From positions 64,792,001 through 64,856,000 of the forward strand of contig CM059438.1 in NCBI GenBank assembly GCA_030390025.1: a stretch of DNA of 64,000 nt. The letters run 5' to 3'. Positions within the stretch are counted from its first letter, which is position 1. Every line of letters starts with the position of its first letter. Shown here piece after piece: positions 23,986-37,403 of the stretch. The notes beneath the pieces were generated by a model. The model searched no databases, was not told the origin of the DNA, and saw nothing but the letters and a program-made list of their open reading frames with translations. This DNA comes from Squalus acanthias (lineage: Eukaryota). Both the position numbers and the translations under genes were made by a program.

Positions 23986-26256
23986 TAGGAAACAAAACAG
24001 ACTTAATAGGTCCTGATTCTCCCTCCATTTATGCCTCCCTTCTTATGATAAAGCACCCTACTTCCTATTTACCCCTCCCCTTACAACCAACTGCGCAGCG
24101 CTCTGCAGCTCCCACGCAGCCAGCTCACCAGCTTTTAAATAGAAAAAAAATGCCTGCATGGTATTTTGAATGGGTCATGCAGCCCCTTAAAGGGGCCGCC
24201 CACCCAAAAGAAAAATTAAAGGGAGCATTGCTTATAATCTGTCTCAAATCAGGAACACATCATGTTGGGGAATAGTGGGGGAAGAACCTATGTTAAACCA
24301 TATCGTGGCACCAATCCCCAGGGTCAAGTTATTGCACAACACCTTTGGGGCAGAAAGCAGTGCATCTATCCCATAATCGGAGTACAAATCTGAGAGAAGG
24401 CGGGTTTTCTGAGAATACGGCAACGTTGGTGATGTAAGAAAACTACTAGGCACTTGGTCTAAGCGTTAAACAAAGCTTTAATCAACTGTTTTTCAACATG
24501 GAGATCTAGTTGTGTCCTTCACTAGTTCCTGTTAAAGAATGTCCTGAGCAAGCTGGGCCCATGCCCGAGTATTTATACTCTCCCTAGACAGCGCCACCAG
24601 CAGGCCGCCCAGTATCACTTCATAAGTCATTTCCACATGAATGACAAGATTCATGTCAGTTGGTACGCTTGGAAGGATGAGATCAAATGCTCTGAGCAGC
24701 TTCTTCATCCAAAGTCTCTTGAGATCTCACTTTGAAGCAAGATGTCATCCACTGCCATATTTACATAAAAGGAGTAAGGAGTGATAAAAAATCCTAGTCA
24801 ACTGCAGGAAGATTGGTTTAGCATCGCAAAGCCTCTGCCTTCTCCCACGATCCAAAGCCCCCTGTGTCTGTTTATGTTATTGATAATACTGTTACTTGGT
24901 TGTTTAATGCCACGAACAAAGGGTTAGCAAAAGCCCATTTCTCTTCCGTTAAGATCTGCACCATGGAATACGACTAGAATGGCACTCAGCAGATTATTTC
25001 GAAGGAAGCTTGTAAAGTTGCTCAGGCTGTACCTAAATCTAAGAACACTACCATTTGGCTCTACAAATCCTTAGCATCAGTTTACAGAATTGCAGGTGGT
25101 GGGCGGGGGAGGGGAGGTAAATGGCTCTGGGTTTTTGAACCATGCAGGTTTTTAATTTGTAACACTGGCTGTATTGTAAAGGTACTTTAAAACTTACATA
25201 TGCTGCATTTCTGAACTTATTTAAATTGAAAATTTACAACAGATTTTGCATTTTTGCACCTTCTACTTTGTGCACGTTCAAGGCTTTTGTAGTCTGGATG
25301 AGTACTCATGAGTAAGACATGCATCCAAGTGTGATGATTTACCTTAATATCACTGCAACCAAAAGACCAAACTACAGAATGCATATATAGCTCCACTTAA
25401 AACTTGACCTTGTAACTCGAGATTTAATGTTAATTGTGAGTTTAGGTTGGAGTCTATTTTAAAATTAATTTAACTCAGGAGTGTGAAGGAAGAAAACAAG
25501 CTCATTACAGACTGAAAGGCACATAAGCTTTGTGTCATAAATGGACATCTGTTGTCCCTTGACTCCCTTTAACTCTTGGTTTGCACTTGACTTCCAACAG
25601 CCATGAGTACAAAGGAGCGTACTATCCTGCCACATATCTTAGTATTTCAAATCTGTAGTGCAGCCACATAAACCTTTCCTTAAATACATCTGAGGTTGAG
25701 CGAGTCAATTCAGTTACGTTATATTGACATGGGGGTTGCGTGATTGTAGTTAACAAGCTCCTATGAAATTCATCTGTCTGTATTTTAACTAAAGGCTTTA
25801 AATATTTAAAATACTGGCAACATTGTTACTGATATTACACAACATGAATTCAATCTGCATCATAAAAAGAACTTCTTGGCTTTTAATGTGATATAAAATC
25901 CAATAAAAATAGAATTTATCAAAGCAGGTTTCTCATATGAACAATAACCTGTCCATAGTTAACATTGCCACTGAATGCAATCTCAAGATGCTGAAGAGTT
26001 ATAAAGCTTTGATCAAAATTTCTCCTGCATTTCAAAGTACATTTAAGTTTTTTGAATATATATTTAGTTCTGACTGATCATTCTACAGCTAAACAGTTTG
26101 GAGCTGTTGGGGTTTTATTTTGCTATTAAAGGGGGTAATTTAGCAATCCTCCAACGCAACAGTGAGCACAGGGGTGACGGACGGACGGGACTTGGTGTGA
26201 GTTAATGTATCTGCAGCAGAGTTTAGTACAGACACTCCCTACCCACCTAGAGCCAT

Positions 26257-27069
26257 GGGGGGGAAAATGTGTTTGGTTAGCGCCTCCCGTTAGCGCCTCC
26301 AAGGCACTAGGAACTTAGCGCCCGAGCACGGCAATTTTAGCGCTGCTCGCAAAATTGACCAATCGTTTTGTGGCGGTGCTAAACACTACCGCCACGATCA
26401 TCTGCATCCGCAGATCGTGACGTCAGTCGAGTGTACAACGCCCCAGTAGCGCCCCGGACCAGATATTGAGTTGTGCCCCCTGCCTTATCGCCTGGGAACG
26501 ACAGGTAGAGGGGAATGTTTTCAAGTCGGGAAGGGGCTGGGGGAGCGCTATTTAAAGGCGGGCGCTTCCTGCCTTTTCTTGTCGGCAAAATTTTTGGTAC
26601 ACGCAGGTTGAGAGGGAGAGAGACGTCTGGAGAGATTTAACGCTGTCCTGAGGAGTTTTGGCCCTCAGCACCACTTTTGAGTTTCCTAAGCGCCGAGCTC
26701 TTTCCCTGGGCTTATCAATTAGTGCTTCCAACACAATTGCTTTCGAGGCCTCTCCAGGCCGAGATTCAAAGCTGCAATGAGCAGGGTGTGGCTGGCCAGC
26801 AAGATGGCCCCTCCCTTTTAAGAACTGGATGGCGCCAGTCAGTCTGGCTTCCATGGTAACTGACATCGCCTGAGCGTTCTGAGGTAGCGCCTCGCTCCCC
26901 GACATTTGCGCCTTAAGAGAGGTGTGTAGCACCTGATTTAGCGCTCAAATCACCTCCAAGGGCGATAGAGGTGAATTTTGCAGTCGGAGGCGATAATTAA
27001 CGCCGGGCGCTAAACTTTGCGCCCAGCCAATATTAGTGCCCCAAAATGGACGCTACCCAAATTCTCCCC
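26257..27069 (-). mobile_element. Harbinger deletion derivative of the 17102-21219 family (inverted)
   Basis: Left part is the reverse complement of ~20870-21219 and right part of ~17102-17500; TSD CAT. Confidence 0.87.
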
Positions 27070-27817
27070 CATATAATCTACAGGGAGAAGTGAAAAAACA
27101 GCTAAAAACCCAGGCCAATTTGGAGTGATGAGTGAACAGGACTTGGCATGGGTTAGGATATGGGTAGCAGAGTTTAGGCAGTCCAAACCTAGCCTGTTTA
27201 TACTGAGGGATGGCACTGGAATCTCATGCTGAGGTTGCAAATCGGTTCAAGAAACATCCTAATTGGAAGCTATTGTGCGGGGGAGTGAGGTGTGAAAATA
27301 ACAACAGAGAGAGAGTGTTCTGATGCAACACCAAGATATAAAACCTACTGCTGCTTAAAGGGACACTAGCAGCACTGGAGGAAGGAACACACTCGGGAGC
27401 AGGAGATTGGGCAAAAAGAAGAACAGTCAGCTTTAGGGGTGGCGGGCAGGAGACCGTTGAAACAAGAATCTAAGATGATGTGGAGGAAGCTTTTAAGTGA
27501 CAGTCTGACGATGAAATGATAAAGACCTGGTCACAACATGGTTGACTCAGAAGAATCCACCTCACCAAGTGCAATGAACTCGAATGCTTCACTTCGCTAC
27601 CAGTGTGTCAATGGTAAATGATTCGATCTTAAATTTCTTCCCAGGAATTGTTGCACATGAGAAATGTCTGCCATGATAAAAACATCTGCATCCCACGCAT
27701 TGAGTCCCATGCTGTGTTCCGTTGTGCATCTCGTGTCCATGGAACAGTGCTTGGTTGGAGCTATAAGAGATTAGGTTGCATCTTTTGAAAAACTCAAACC
27801 AGAATTAAAAAATACAT

Positions 27818-27960
27818 CAACAGCAACAACAACAGCTTGCATTTATATAGCGCCTTCAACAAAGCAAAACGTCCCAAGGCGCTTCACAAGAGCGTTATCA
27901 AACAAAATTTGACACTCAGCCACATAAGGAGATATTAGGGCAGATGGGGGTAGGTTTTAA
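27818..27960 (-). mobile_element. L2-type LINE 3' fragment
   Basis: (AAC)n tail; matches 40293-40450. Confidence 0.7.
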
Positions 27961-28275
27961 ACATCTAAGAAAGCAATTTGTTCTATGCTGAATTAAATAG
28001 GAAGCTGGAGGCAGTGGCTGAGAAGACTGTGTTACTGTCTTTCTGAATCAAAAGCAAGATCCTGTTTACAATTACAGTGTTTAAGAAAGATCTTGAAAGG
28101 TACCAGTTAAATAAACTGTAAAAAGCAGAAAGAACATCTACAAATTAGGATACAGCTGATCAGCACGGAACTGATAGAAAGGCTTTGTGGTTCTGGCTCT
28201 GAGGGAGACATGACTAGTTTTTTATCCTTTGGTCTCAGGGAGGTGTCCTTGAGTGTTTTGTAGTTGAGGGTGTAG

Positions 28276-28525
28276 TTGTGGAGATATTTCTTCACTCAGA
28301 GGGTTGTGAATCTTTGGAATTCTCTACCCCAGAGGGCTGTGGATGCTCAGTCGTTGAGTATATTCAAGATAGAGATCGACAGATTTTTGGATACTAAGGG
28401 AATCAAGGTATACGGAGATCGGGCGGGAAAGTGGAGTAGAGGTAGAAGATCAGCCATGTTGAATGGGGGAGTAGGCTCGAAGGGCCGAATGGCCTTCTCC
28501 TGCTCTGATTTCTTACGTTCTTATT
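28276..28525 (+). mobile_element. CR1 3' fragment
   Basis: FFTQRVVNLWNSLPQRAV followed by the CR1 3' UTR. Confidence 0.88.
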
Positions 28526-28595
28526 CATGAAGGGTAATTTCAAGAAGAAAACATTCAGAAACCTTTTCTGTGCAATGTAGAGCATAAACAGCTAA

Positions 28596-31310
28596 TAAGA
28601 ACATAAGAAATAGGAGCAGGAGTAGGCCATTTGGCCCTTCGAGCCTGCTCCGCCACTCAATGAGATCATGGCTGATCTTCTGCCTCAACTCCATTCACCG
28701 GCCCTACCGTCATATCCCTTGATGCCCTTACTAGTCAGAAATCTATCGACTTCTGTTTTGAATATACCCAATGACTGAGCCTCCACAGCCCTCTGGGGTA
28801 GAGAATTCCAAAGATTCACCACCCTCTGTGTGAGGAAAATTCTTCTCATCTCAGTCCTGAATGGCCTACCCTTTAAAGATTATTGCTCAAGATAAAAAAT
28901 CACTGGATTGGGGGTAATATTCTGGCATGGGTGGAGGATTGGTTATCTAACAGGAAGCAGAGAGTTGGGATAAATGGTTCATTCTCGGACTGGCAACCAG
29001 TAGCCAGTGGTGTTCCGCAGGGGTCGGTGCTGGGTCCCCAACTCTTTACAATCTATATTAACGATTTGGAGGAGGGGACCGAGTGTAACATATCAAAGTT
29101 TGCAGATGATACAAAGATGGGAGGGAAAGTAGAAAGTGAGGAGGACATAAAAAAACCTACAAGGGGATATAGACAGGCTGGGTGAGTGGGCGGAGATTTG
29201 GCAGATGCAATACAATATTGGAAAATGTGAGGTAATGCACTTTGGCAGGAAAAATCAGGGAGCAAGTTATTATCTTAATGGCGAGAAACTGGAAAGTACT
29301 GCAGTACAAAGGGATCTGGGGGTCCTAGTGCAAGAAAATCAAAAAGTTAGTATGCAGGTGCAGCAGGTGATCAAGAAGGCCAACGGAATGTTGGCTTTTA
29401 TTGCTAGGGGGATAGATTATTTAAACAAGGAGGTATTGCTGCAGTTATATAAGGTATTGGTGAGACCGCACCTGGAATACTGCATGCAGTTTTGGTGTCC
29501 ATACTTAAGAAAAGACATAATTGCTCTCGAGGCAGTACAAAGAAGGTTCACTTGGTTAATCCCAGGGATGAGGGGGTGGACATATGAGGAGAGGTTGAGT
29601 AGATTGGGACTCCACTCATTGGAGTTCAGAAGAATGAGAGGCGATCTTATTGAAACATATAAGATTGTGAAGGGGCTTGATCGGGTGGATGCGGTAAGGA
29701 TGTTCCCAAGGATGGGTGAAACTAGAACTCGGGGACATAATCTTAGAATAAGGGGCTGCTCTTTCAAAACTGAGATGAGGAGAAACTTCTTCACTCAGAG
29801 GGTAGTAGGTCTGTGGAATTTGCTGCCCCAGGAAACTGTGGAAGCTACATCAGTAAATAAATTTAAAACAGAAACAGACAGTTTCCTAGAAGTAAAGAGA
29901 ATTAGGGGTTACGGGGAGCGAGCAGGAAATTGGACATGAGGCTGAGTTCGGATCGGTCAAGGCCCTTTGGGTGGCGGAGCGGGCCCAGGGGCTGAGTGGC
30001 CGGGTCCAGCTCCTACTTCTTGTGTTCTTTAGATTTGAGGTTAGGATCAGATCAGCCATGATATTATTGAATGGCGGAGCAGGCTCGAGGGGCCGATTGG
30101 CCTACTCCTGCTCCTATTTCTTATGTTCTTATGTTTATCCTGAGGCTGTGGCCCCTGGTTCTAGACTCCCCAGCCGAGGGAAACATTCTCCCAGCATCCA
30201 CCCCATCAAGCCCTGTAATAATTTTGTATGCTTCAATGAGATCCCCTCTCGTTCTTCTGAATTCAAGAGAATACAGGCCTAGTTTACTCAATCCCTTCTC
30301 ATACGACAGTCCTGCCATCCCAGGAATCAATCTCGTGAACCTTCGTTGCACTCCCTCTATGGCAACTATATCCTTCCTTCGGTAAGGAGACCAAAATTGT
30401 ACACAGTACTCCAGGTGTTGTCTCACCAAGGCCCTATATAATTGGAGTAAGACTTCTTTACTCCTGTACTCAAATCCTCTTGTAATGAAGGCTAGCATAC
30501 CATTTGCCTTCCTAATGGCTTGCTGCACCTGCAGATTCACTTTCAGTGACTCATGTACAAGGACACCCAGGTCCCTTTGAGCATCTGCATTCCCCAATCT
30601 TTCACCATTTAGGAAATACACTGCCTTTCTGTTTTTTCTACCAAAGTGGATAACTTCACATTTATCCACATTATATTCCATCTGCCATGTTCTCGTCCAC
30701 TCACTGAGCCTGTCGAGATCCCCCTGAAGCCTCTGCACATCCTCTTCACAACTGACACTGCCACCTAGCTTTGTATCATCAGAAAATGTGGAAATGTTAC
30801 ATTTAGTCCCCTCATCCAAATCATTGATATAGATTGTGAATAGCTGGGGCCCAAGCACCGATCCTTGCGGTACCCCACTAGTCACAGCCTGCCATCCTGA
30901 AAAAGACCCGTTAATCCCTACTCTTGGTTTTCTGTCTGTTAACCAATTCTCAATCCATGTTAGTATATTACCCCCAATTCCATGTGCCCTAATTTTGTTC
31001 ACCAACCTTTTGTTTGGGACCTTATCGAAGGCCTTCTGAAAATTTAAATACACCACATTTACTGGTTCCCCTTTGTCTACTTCACTAGTTACTTCCTCAA
31101 AGAACTCCAATAGGTTTGTCAAACAGGATTTCCCTTTCATAAATCCATGTTGACTCTGCCCAATCTTACTATTAGTTTCTAAGTGCCCAGTTATTGCATC
31201 CTTTATAATAGATTCCAGCATTTTCCCCACTACTGATGTGAGGCTAACAGGTCTGTAATTCACCGTTTTCTCTCTCCCTCCTTTCTTAAATAGCAGAGTT
31301 ACATTTGCGA
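28596..31310 (-). mobile_element. 5'-truncated CR1 LINE split by a second CR1 (pieces 28596-28875 and 30134-31310)
   Basis: RT ORF 30121-31389; the halves rejoin at ggcctaccc TTTA tcctgagg; near-identical to 48637-50075. Confidence 0.92.
28876..30133 (+). mobile_element. Nested 5'-truncated CR1 LINE (different subfamily)
   Basis: [29 protein letters not shown] (28872-28875, 30134-30137); frameshift in an A-run ~29150. Confidence 0.93.
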
Positions 31311-31725
31311 ATGAGGAGTGGAGACCATCTGGAGGACTTAGCATCTGCTTGAGATAGACTGCAGAGAATTTAACGTGTGTTTTAATCATGAACTGTTGAG
31401 CTCATTAAACTGAGGGATGGCATGGATTTCCCAATCCACTCATCTTGTGGCAGCATCAGGCACTCCCAGGTCAAGTACAACTACATGCAACATAAAACTC
31501 CTGTGACATTTGGCACAAACTTTAGCCTCAAAAGAGCAGCTGCCCCACATCAGTGTGTCTTTCCCTTTTCCAAAACCAACCTTCACGTGGGTCTCTCTGA
31601 ATAAAATTGCCAATGAGTGCTGAATTGTGGGCAGTTTTGTGCTGTGGAGATGGGCATCACCTGGAATTGGGAGACCTGGCTTGCATCCCTTTTCGATCTT
31701 TATTCTTCTACAAAAGAAACATTAA

Positions 31726-34440
31726 GGGGGCGAAATTGGGCCCGTTTTTTGAGCGCTACAAATCCCCTTCGGGTTCCAAAATGACATCTGTGGCCCGTGC
31801 GCACTCAGCTGATGTGAAGCGTGCTGGACGCCATATTGGAAAAGGAGTTAACGCGCGTGCACTTAACGTGCGCCGGAAGTATGCAGAGCAGCCAGATCAT
31901 GACATCAATCAGCGTTTAACTCTGATTTGATGCCAGTGCAGCCATTTTGGAGCTCCACGCTCCTCTTTTAACCTTGCACAGCTGAACACAACATTAAGCA
32001 GCAGACCCCCCCCCCCCCCACCACCGCCCCCCACCAGCGCTATTTAAAGGGATCATCAACTACTTACAGGTTAGTTGCTGGTTTATTACTTCTGGCTGTT
32101 GCTACAATTCTACACGTTTTTGATGCTTTCTATAGTCGTTCCAAATTGTAAAAGTCTACAGGGAGCGGTGTGGCACATGCTCAAGGACTTTTTGTTGACT
32201 TCAAGGCTTCTGCACAAATCAGTTGCTCCCAGACATGGGTGCACGAGGAGGCCACCCTATTGGAACAGAGCATGACTGGGAGAACGAGCAGAGCAGGACA
32301 AGCTGCTAGAGGAGGGAGGAGTAGGATGGGGAGAAGGGCTCTCAGCAGGAGGCCATATCCACCCAAGGTGTTCAGGGAGCAATTCTCCTACCTGAACCTC
32401 AGCGAGGACAAATGTTTGAGATCTCTGCGCTTCACTAAGGAGGTCGTCACTGAAATCTGCCAACTGCTGCAGCCGCAACTCCAACCTCAGAGCAGGGTAA
32501 GGACCGCATTGCCACTGGCTGTGAAGGTGACCGTGGCTCTGAACCTTTATGCATCTGGTTCCTTCCAGTCTGGTGCTGGAGATATTAGCAACATCTCGCA
32601 GTTTGCAGTGCACTGTTGCATAAGGGAGGTCACTGAGGCTCTCTGTTCAAATGAGATAACTTCATTTCATTCCCTCTTGCCAGAGAGAAGCAGGCGGAGC
32701 TGCACGAGGGTTTTCAAGGATTATAGGCGTCCCCGCACTGCAGGGTGCCATTGACTGCTCGCACATTGCTTTGGGTGCGCCTCATGTCAATCTGCCATGT
32801 ACCTGAATTGAAAGGGATTCCATTCCCTCAACGTGCAGCTGGTGTGTGATCACAGGCAGCGCATCATGCAGGTCAATGCCCGGTATCCTGGCAGCAGTCA
32901 TGATGCCTTCATTCTGCAGCAGCCCCGCTGTGCCAGTTGTATTTCAGCCACCTCGGCAAACCAAAGGGTGGCTACTGGGCGGCAAGGGCTATCCGCTGAC
33001 GACATGGCTCGTGACTCTGGTTCGCATCCCACGCACACGTGCGCAACATGCATACAATGAAAGCCATGCTGCCATAAGAAATATGATAGAGCAGACCATT
33101 GGCGTGCTAAAGCAATGATTCCACTGCCTGGACCACTCTGGAGGAGCCCTGCAGTACTCGGCTGAGTAGTCTCAAGATTCGTGGGGATACGTTGCATGCT
33201 GCACAACCTTACCATCATGAGGGAACAACCCTTGTCACCAGCTATCAGGTGAGAAGCTGAGGAGCAGGAGCAGGAGCAGGAGGAAGAGGAGGACGAGGAA
33301 GAGGAGGAGGTAGAAGAGGAGGAAGAGGAAGGGAGGCGGCAACCTAGACAGCCCCTTTCTGCCCAGGCTGTACGTTAAGAACTAATTCAAGTGCGATACC
33401 AGTAACCTCAATCCCAATTCCCCTTTCACCAACAGTCCCACATTCCTTACCTTCTATCTGTCACTGGCAATCACATTGTCCTCTTGGCGACAATACAAAA
33501 ATAAAAGCCAACACAAAATACACATTCCAAACCAAATTTATAAATTCAATCATGTCACATTGAATATAATATTAAACTAATCACCCTTGTGCATTTCCTT
33601 AGTGCCTATCTTCCATGTACCTTTGTCTGTCCTAGTCCTCCTATGAAGTGCTACCCCAGTGGCTGCCGCATGGCTGGTGGAAGGCTACTGGCTTTCAGTG
33701 GGGGACACGGCAGATGGTCTTGGAGGATGACCTTGAGCAGCTCTGGGCCTAGAAGGCCCAGCTTCAGACTACACCATCTCATCATGGGCAGCAGCAGTCT
33801 GGTCTGGCTGGCTGACAGGCAACAGCAAGGGCACTGGTGGAGTAGCAGGGGTGGGATCACGAATGTTGTCAGCCTAAGAGAGAACAGCAGGTTCGTGTTC
33901 CATGGAGCCACTGCCACTCCCTTGAGGCGATGCCTCAGCAGTCCTTGTACTCTGTTGGAGGACAGATTGCTGGGCTGCTGCGACACCCTGGAAGCCCCTT
34001 TCAACACTGGTATCCACAGCCATGATGGCAGCAGTCTGAGCTTCCGCTGCAGCACTCAGACGTTGGGTAGATGCTGCTTGTACTGCAATGGAAGCTGAGA
34101 CATAGGCCATCAGACGCTGTATCATGGTTGAGTCCACAAGCGTGTTGATAGAGTTGGCCGCCAGATGGGCTCCAAGCTCTGCACAAAGCCCGGTGCCAAG
34201 TTGGTGCCGGACTCCTCCATGCTCCTTGACATTGACCGCAGGCTTTCTGGCAGGCTTCCCAATGCACCAAGCATTTCGTTGTGTAGACCCACCAGCCTTT
34301 TTCTGTAGCCTGGCCCATCAAAATCCTCATCTGAGTCCTCTGCAGCAGAACTCATGTGCGATCTCGCCCTCTGGCGGACTGGCACCTGCGCTATCCTTGC
34401 CCCCTGCCTGGGCTGCAACGCAGTTGTGCCCGGTGTCACA
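31726..34440 (+). mobile_element. Second Harbinger, truncated: left TIR, frameshifted transposase (+, ~32270-33400) and last exon of the Myb-like gene (-, ~33590-34440)
   Basis: [66 protein letters not shown]; minus-strand pieces homologous to 18499-19278. Confidence 0.9.
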
Positions 34441-36236
34441 ATAAAGATTCCAATAGAATCAAGGGCTGGTAGTTATGGGCTCTGGAACCTGAGAGATTAA
34501 TAGTGCCCTGATCCAAATTCTAATTGATCCCAGTTTAAACCACTTCAGCCCATTCAGTAGATCAATGGAACACTATGTTAGGTAAACAATACAAATGAAT
34601 TGAGTTGAGCCTGGTACCTTAAAAATGGCAAGAAAGCCATGTATGCTCAAGATAGACTGTGAGAGATGGGCGGAATATAACAATTCCTTCTTGTACTTTG
34701 TGAGGCTTTATGCAACACTGCCTCCAGAGAGTTTGTCAGTTTATAAAACATGGGCGAGATGGGTGTAAAAAAAGGTGCTGCCAAACAAGATTTACATTTT
34801 ATGATTAAGGAATTAATCTGCCACATTGAATGAGCAAGAAAAGAATGATCGCAGAATTCACTAAAGAATTCAGACGTTGCCAATTTTTGCTTTGTTATGA
34901 CATGTTCCTATTTTTTTTTGGCTGCAACATTAATAGAAACTAAAATGTTACAGTTTATTTAATGAGATTTTCAACACTGTAATAAATCAAAACAATACAC
35001 AGTCCTGTACAGAAAACCACATCCTCGTTATTGGACACTGGAAGTTATAATTCAAAACTGTCAGGCAAATCTTATCAATGTAATTTTAAAAAAACTTTTC
35101 CAAGCTCTTGGTAGGATAAGTTCCTTACTGTTTATTTAACCCTTATGAGGTCTACAGTTGTACGTGTGCACTACACATATTTTCAGTGAAGACTCTGAGC
35201 AAAAGTAAAGCGAATGTGATAATTTCTCCAATCGATCGTTAGCACTTCAGTTTTTATAGAAAGCTGATTTTGGTGGATGTTAAGGGATAGAAAAATGGTA
35301 GGTTAAAAGCTGCAATTACAGCCCAGTATTAACAGACAGAGACGATCAATCTACCATCAATAGCAATTCTATGGTTGTGTGCAGAGTGAAGGGTCAATTT
35401 TCTGATCTCATGCTCCTGGCACATTGCCTTCCCCACTGGTAGTGCTTATCAGGAAATCACATGTGATTTTTCCATCCACTAATCTTTCCGAGTGCGCGAT
35501 TGGAGAATTTTCCCCAGAACATTTACCTCAATACGCTTTGGTCTGGCAACCCCATAGAATAAGGGGAATAAACTAAGAGCTATGGGCCAAACAAACAAGC
35601 TTAAGCCATATAACAGAGACAACCTCGGTGCAGGTGGAATGCCAGGAAGAGTCCAGAATAGAAACGGATTGCATCACTCCATTACCGTCCTAGCAATCTT
35701 CGGGGAAGGATTATGTCCAGTAAGTAAAGGATAAGGATGTCGTCCATGGTCTTGTTGGGGGCAGTTTCTTACAGGGCCAAGTCCCAGGCCCTTGTCTGCT
35801 TTTAAAACTCAGCTGAAAATTCACCATAATACTGCAAGGATAAACCACTGTTGTAGTAGACAGGGAGGCTTATATTGGAATGGATACAGAAACCAGTTTT
35901 CTATCTTTTTATTTGTTTTTCATTAACATAACAGAAATATGTCCCAGGGCAGATATAGTCAATGATTTGATATTACAGTCATATGTCTGAACTCACCGCC
36001 TCCCCCCCCCCCCCTTACTCATGCCCATGAGATATTCTACCTGATAACCCATTCATCTTAAAAATATTAATTTTAAAGCAGTCAATTTTCACTGTCCACA
36101 CAAATGGAAAAACTAAAACCAATATTCCACGAGTGAACACTCTCACATATCATCATCATATTCAATAATAAATGCTAATATTGTCCTAAGATTAGCGTTG
36201 AGAGTAGCAAAGCCATTACAACAAATAATACCTCAA

Positions 36237-36670
36237 AAGTGAAATACTGCAGATGCTGGAAATCTGAAATAAAAACAGAAAATGCTGGAAATACTCAGCA
36301 GGTCAGGCAGCATCTGTGGAGAGAGAAACAGAGTTAACGTTTCAGGTCGATGACCCTTCGTCAGAACTGGAAAAAGTTGGAGATGTAACAGATTTTTAAG
36401 CAAGTGCAGTGGCAGGGAAAGGGAGGAGGGGAGGAAATAACAAAAAGGAAGGTCAGTGATAGGATGGAAGGCAGGAGAGATTAAATGACAAAAGGGATGA
36501 TGGTGCAAGGTGAAAGGAGATGGTAATGGGACAAGTTAAGAAACAAAAGATGAGTCTAGAGGAGATGTAAATGGGAATGCCAGAATCATCAACAGCTGCC
36601 ATGTGAAAAATATTAGGGGCCGAGGTTATGGTCTGAAATTGTTGAACTCCATGTTGAGTCAACAGTCGCA
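36237..36670 (-). mobile_element. Penelope-like 3' end (family B)
   Basis: Longer copy of 23678-23985. Confidence 0.75.
36332..36368 (-). ncRNA. Minimal hammerhead ribozyme motif (family B)
   Basis: Identical 37-nt motif to 23778-23814. Confidence 0.72.
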
Positions 36671-36914
36671 GTTGTTGATGATTCTGAGTGTTGTCGGGCA
36701 ATGGTAATATTGTAGGGATGAATTTTTTTTTGTAGGAAAATGTAATGCAGTTTGTACTAGAATTGTGCAAGGGCTTGTAATTTTAAATGAGATGATTTTT
36801 CTGTTTGTTGCCATACCAAACTGAAGAAGAATTCAATGTATGTTTCAATATCTCGTTCTGCACTTTCTAATGTAACAAATAATACTACCCCACATGCTAA
36901 TTGTAATTAACTTT

Positions 36915-37403
36915 AGGGAAAAAATTTGGTTGCTTTGCGCCTCCCATTAGCGCCCTAAGAGGGCGCGATCTTCGGTAGCGCCCCCTGACTTACCACCGGA
37001 CGCTATGTCCGACGGGGTCAGGGGGGCCTACCTGCGGCCGGGACGGGGCTAATTAAAGGGGAGGTGCCGGGCGGCCATTTTTGTTGCTGGCCGCCTGCCA
37101 GCACCTGTCCCCGTTGCCGTCCCCGGCCTCCTCTTCAGCAAGCCCCCCCCCGCTGAGTCCCAGCTGCACTCTGTGAGCCCGGCACTTCTCTTGTGTGCTG
37201 GGCTCTTTTGCCGGCACTCCCGATCCCTGGTGGCCCAGCTGGGCACCGGGATGCGCTGCGCAAGGCCCCTCCCCTTTAAGAAGTACCTCTTGGGGCGCTA
37301 CCGATGAATTCTGGCTGCGGGGGCGCTAATTTTTTCGGGGTGCTAAAAGTAGCGCCCTGGCAAAGTTAGCACCCCAAAGAGGGCGCGACTGAATTTTTCC
37401 CCC
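36915..37403. mobile_element. Harbinger MITE related to 5348-6065 (inverted)
   Basis: Ends AGGGAAAAAATT / AATTTTTCCCCC flanked by TTT; many TAGCGCC motifs. Confidence 0.8.

Noticed and set aside
33256..33335. GAG-rich repeat as an independent microsatellite
   Set aside because: It is the poly-Glu C-terminal tail of the Harbinger transposase, also present at ~19680-19715
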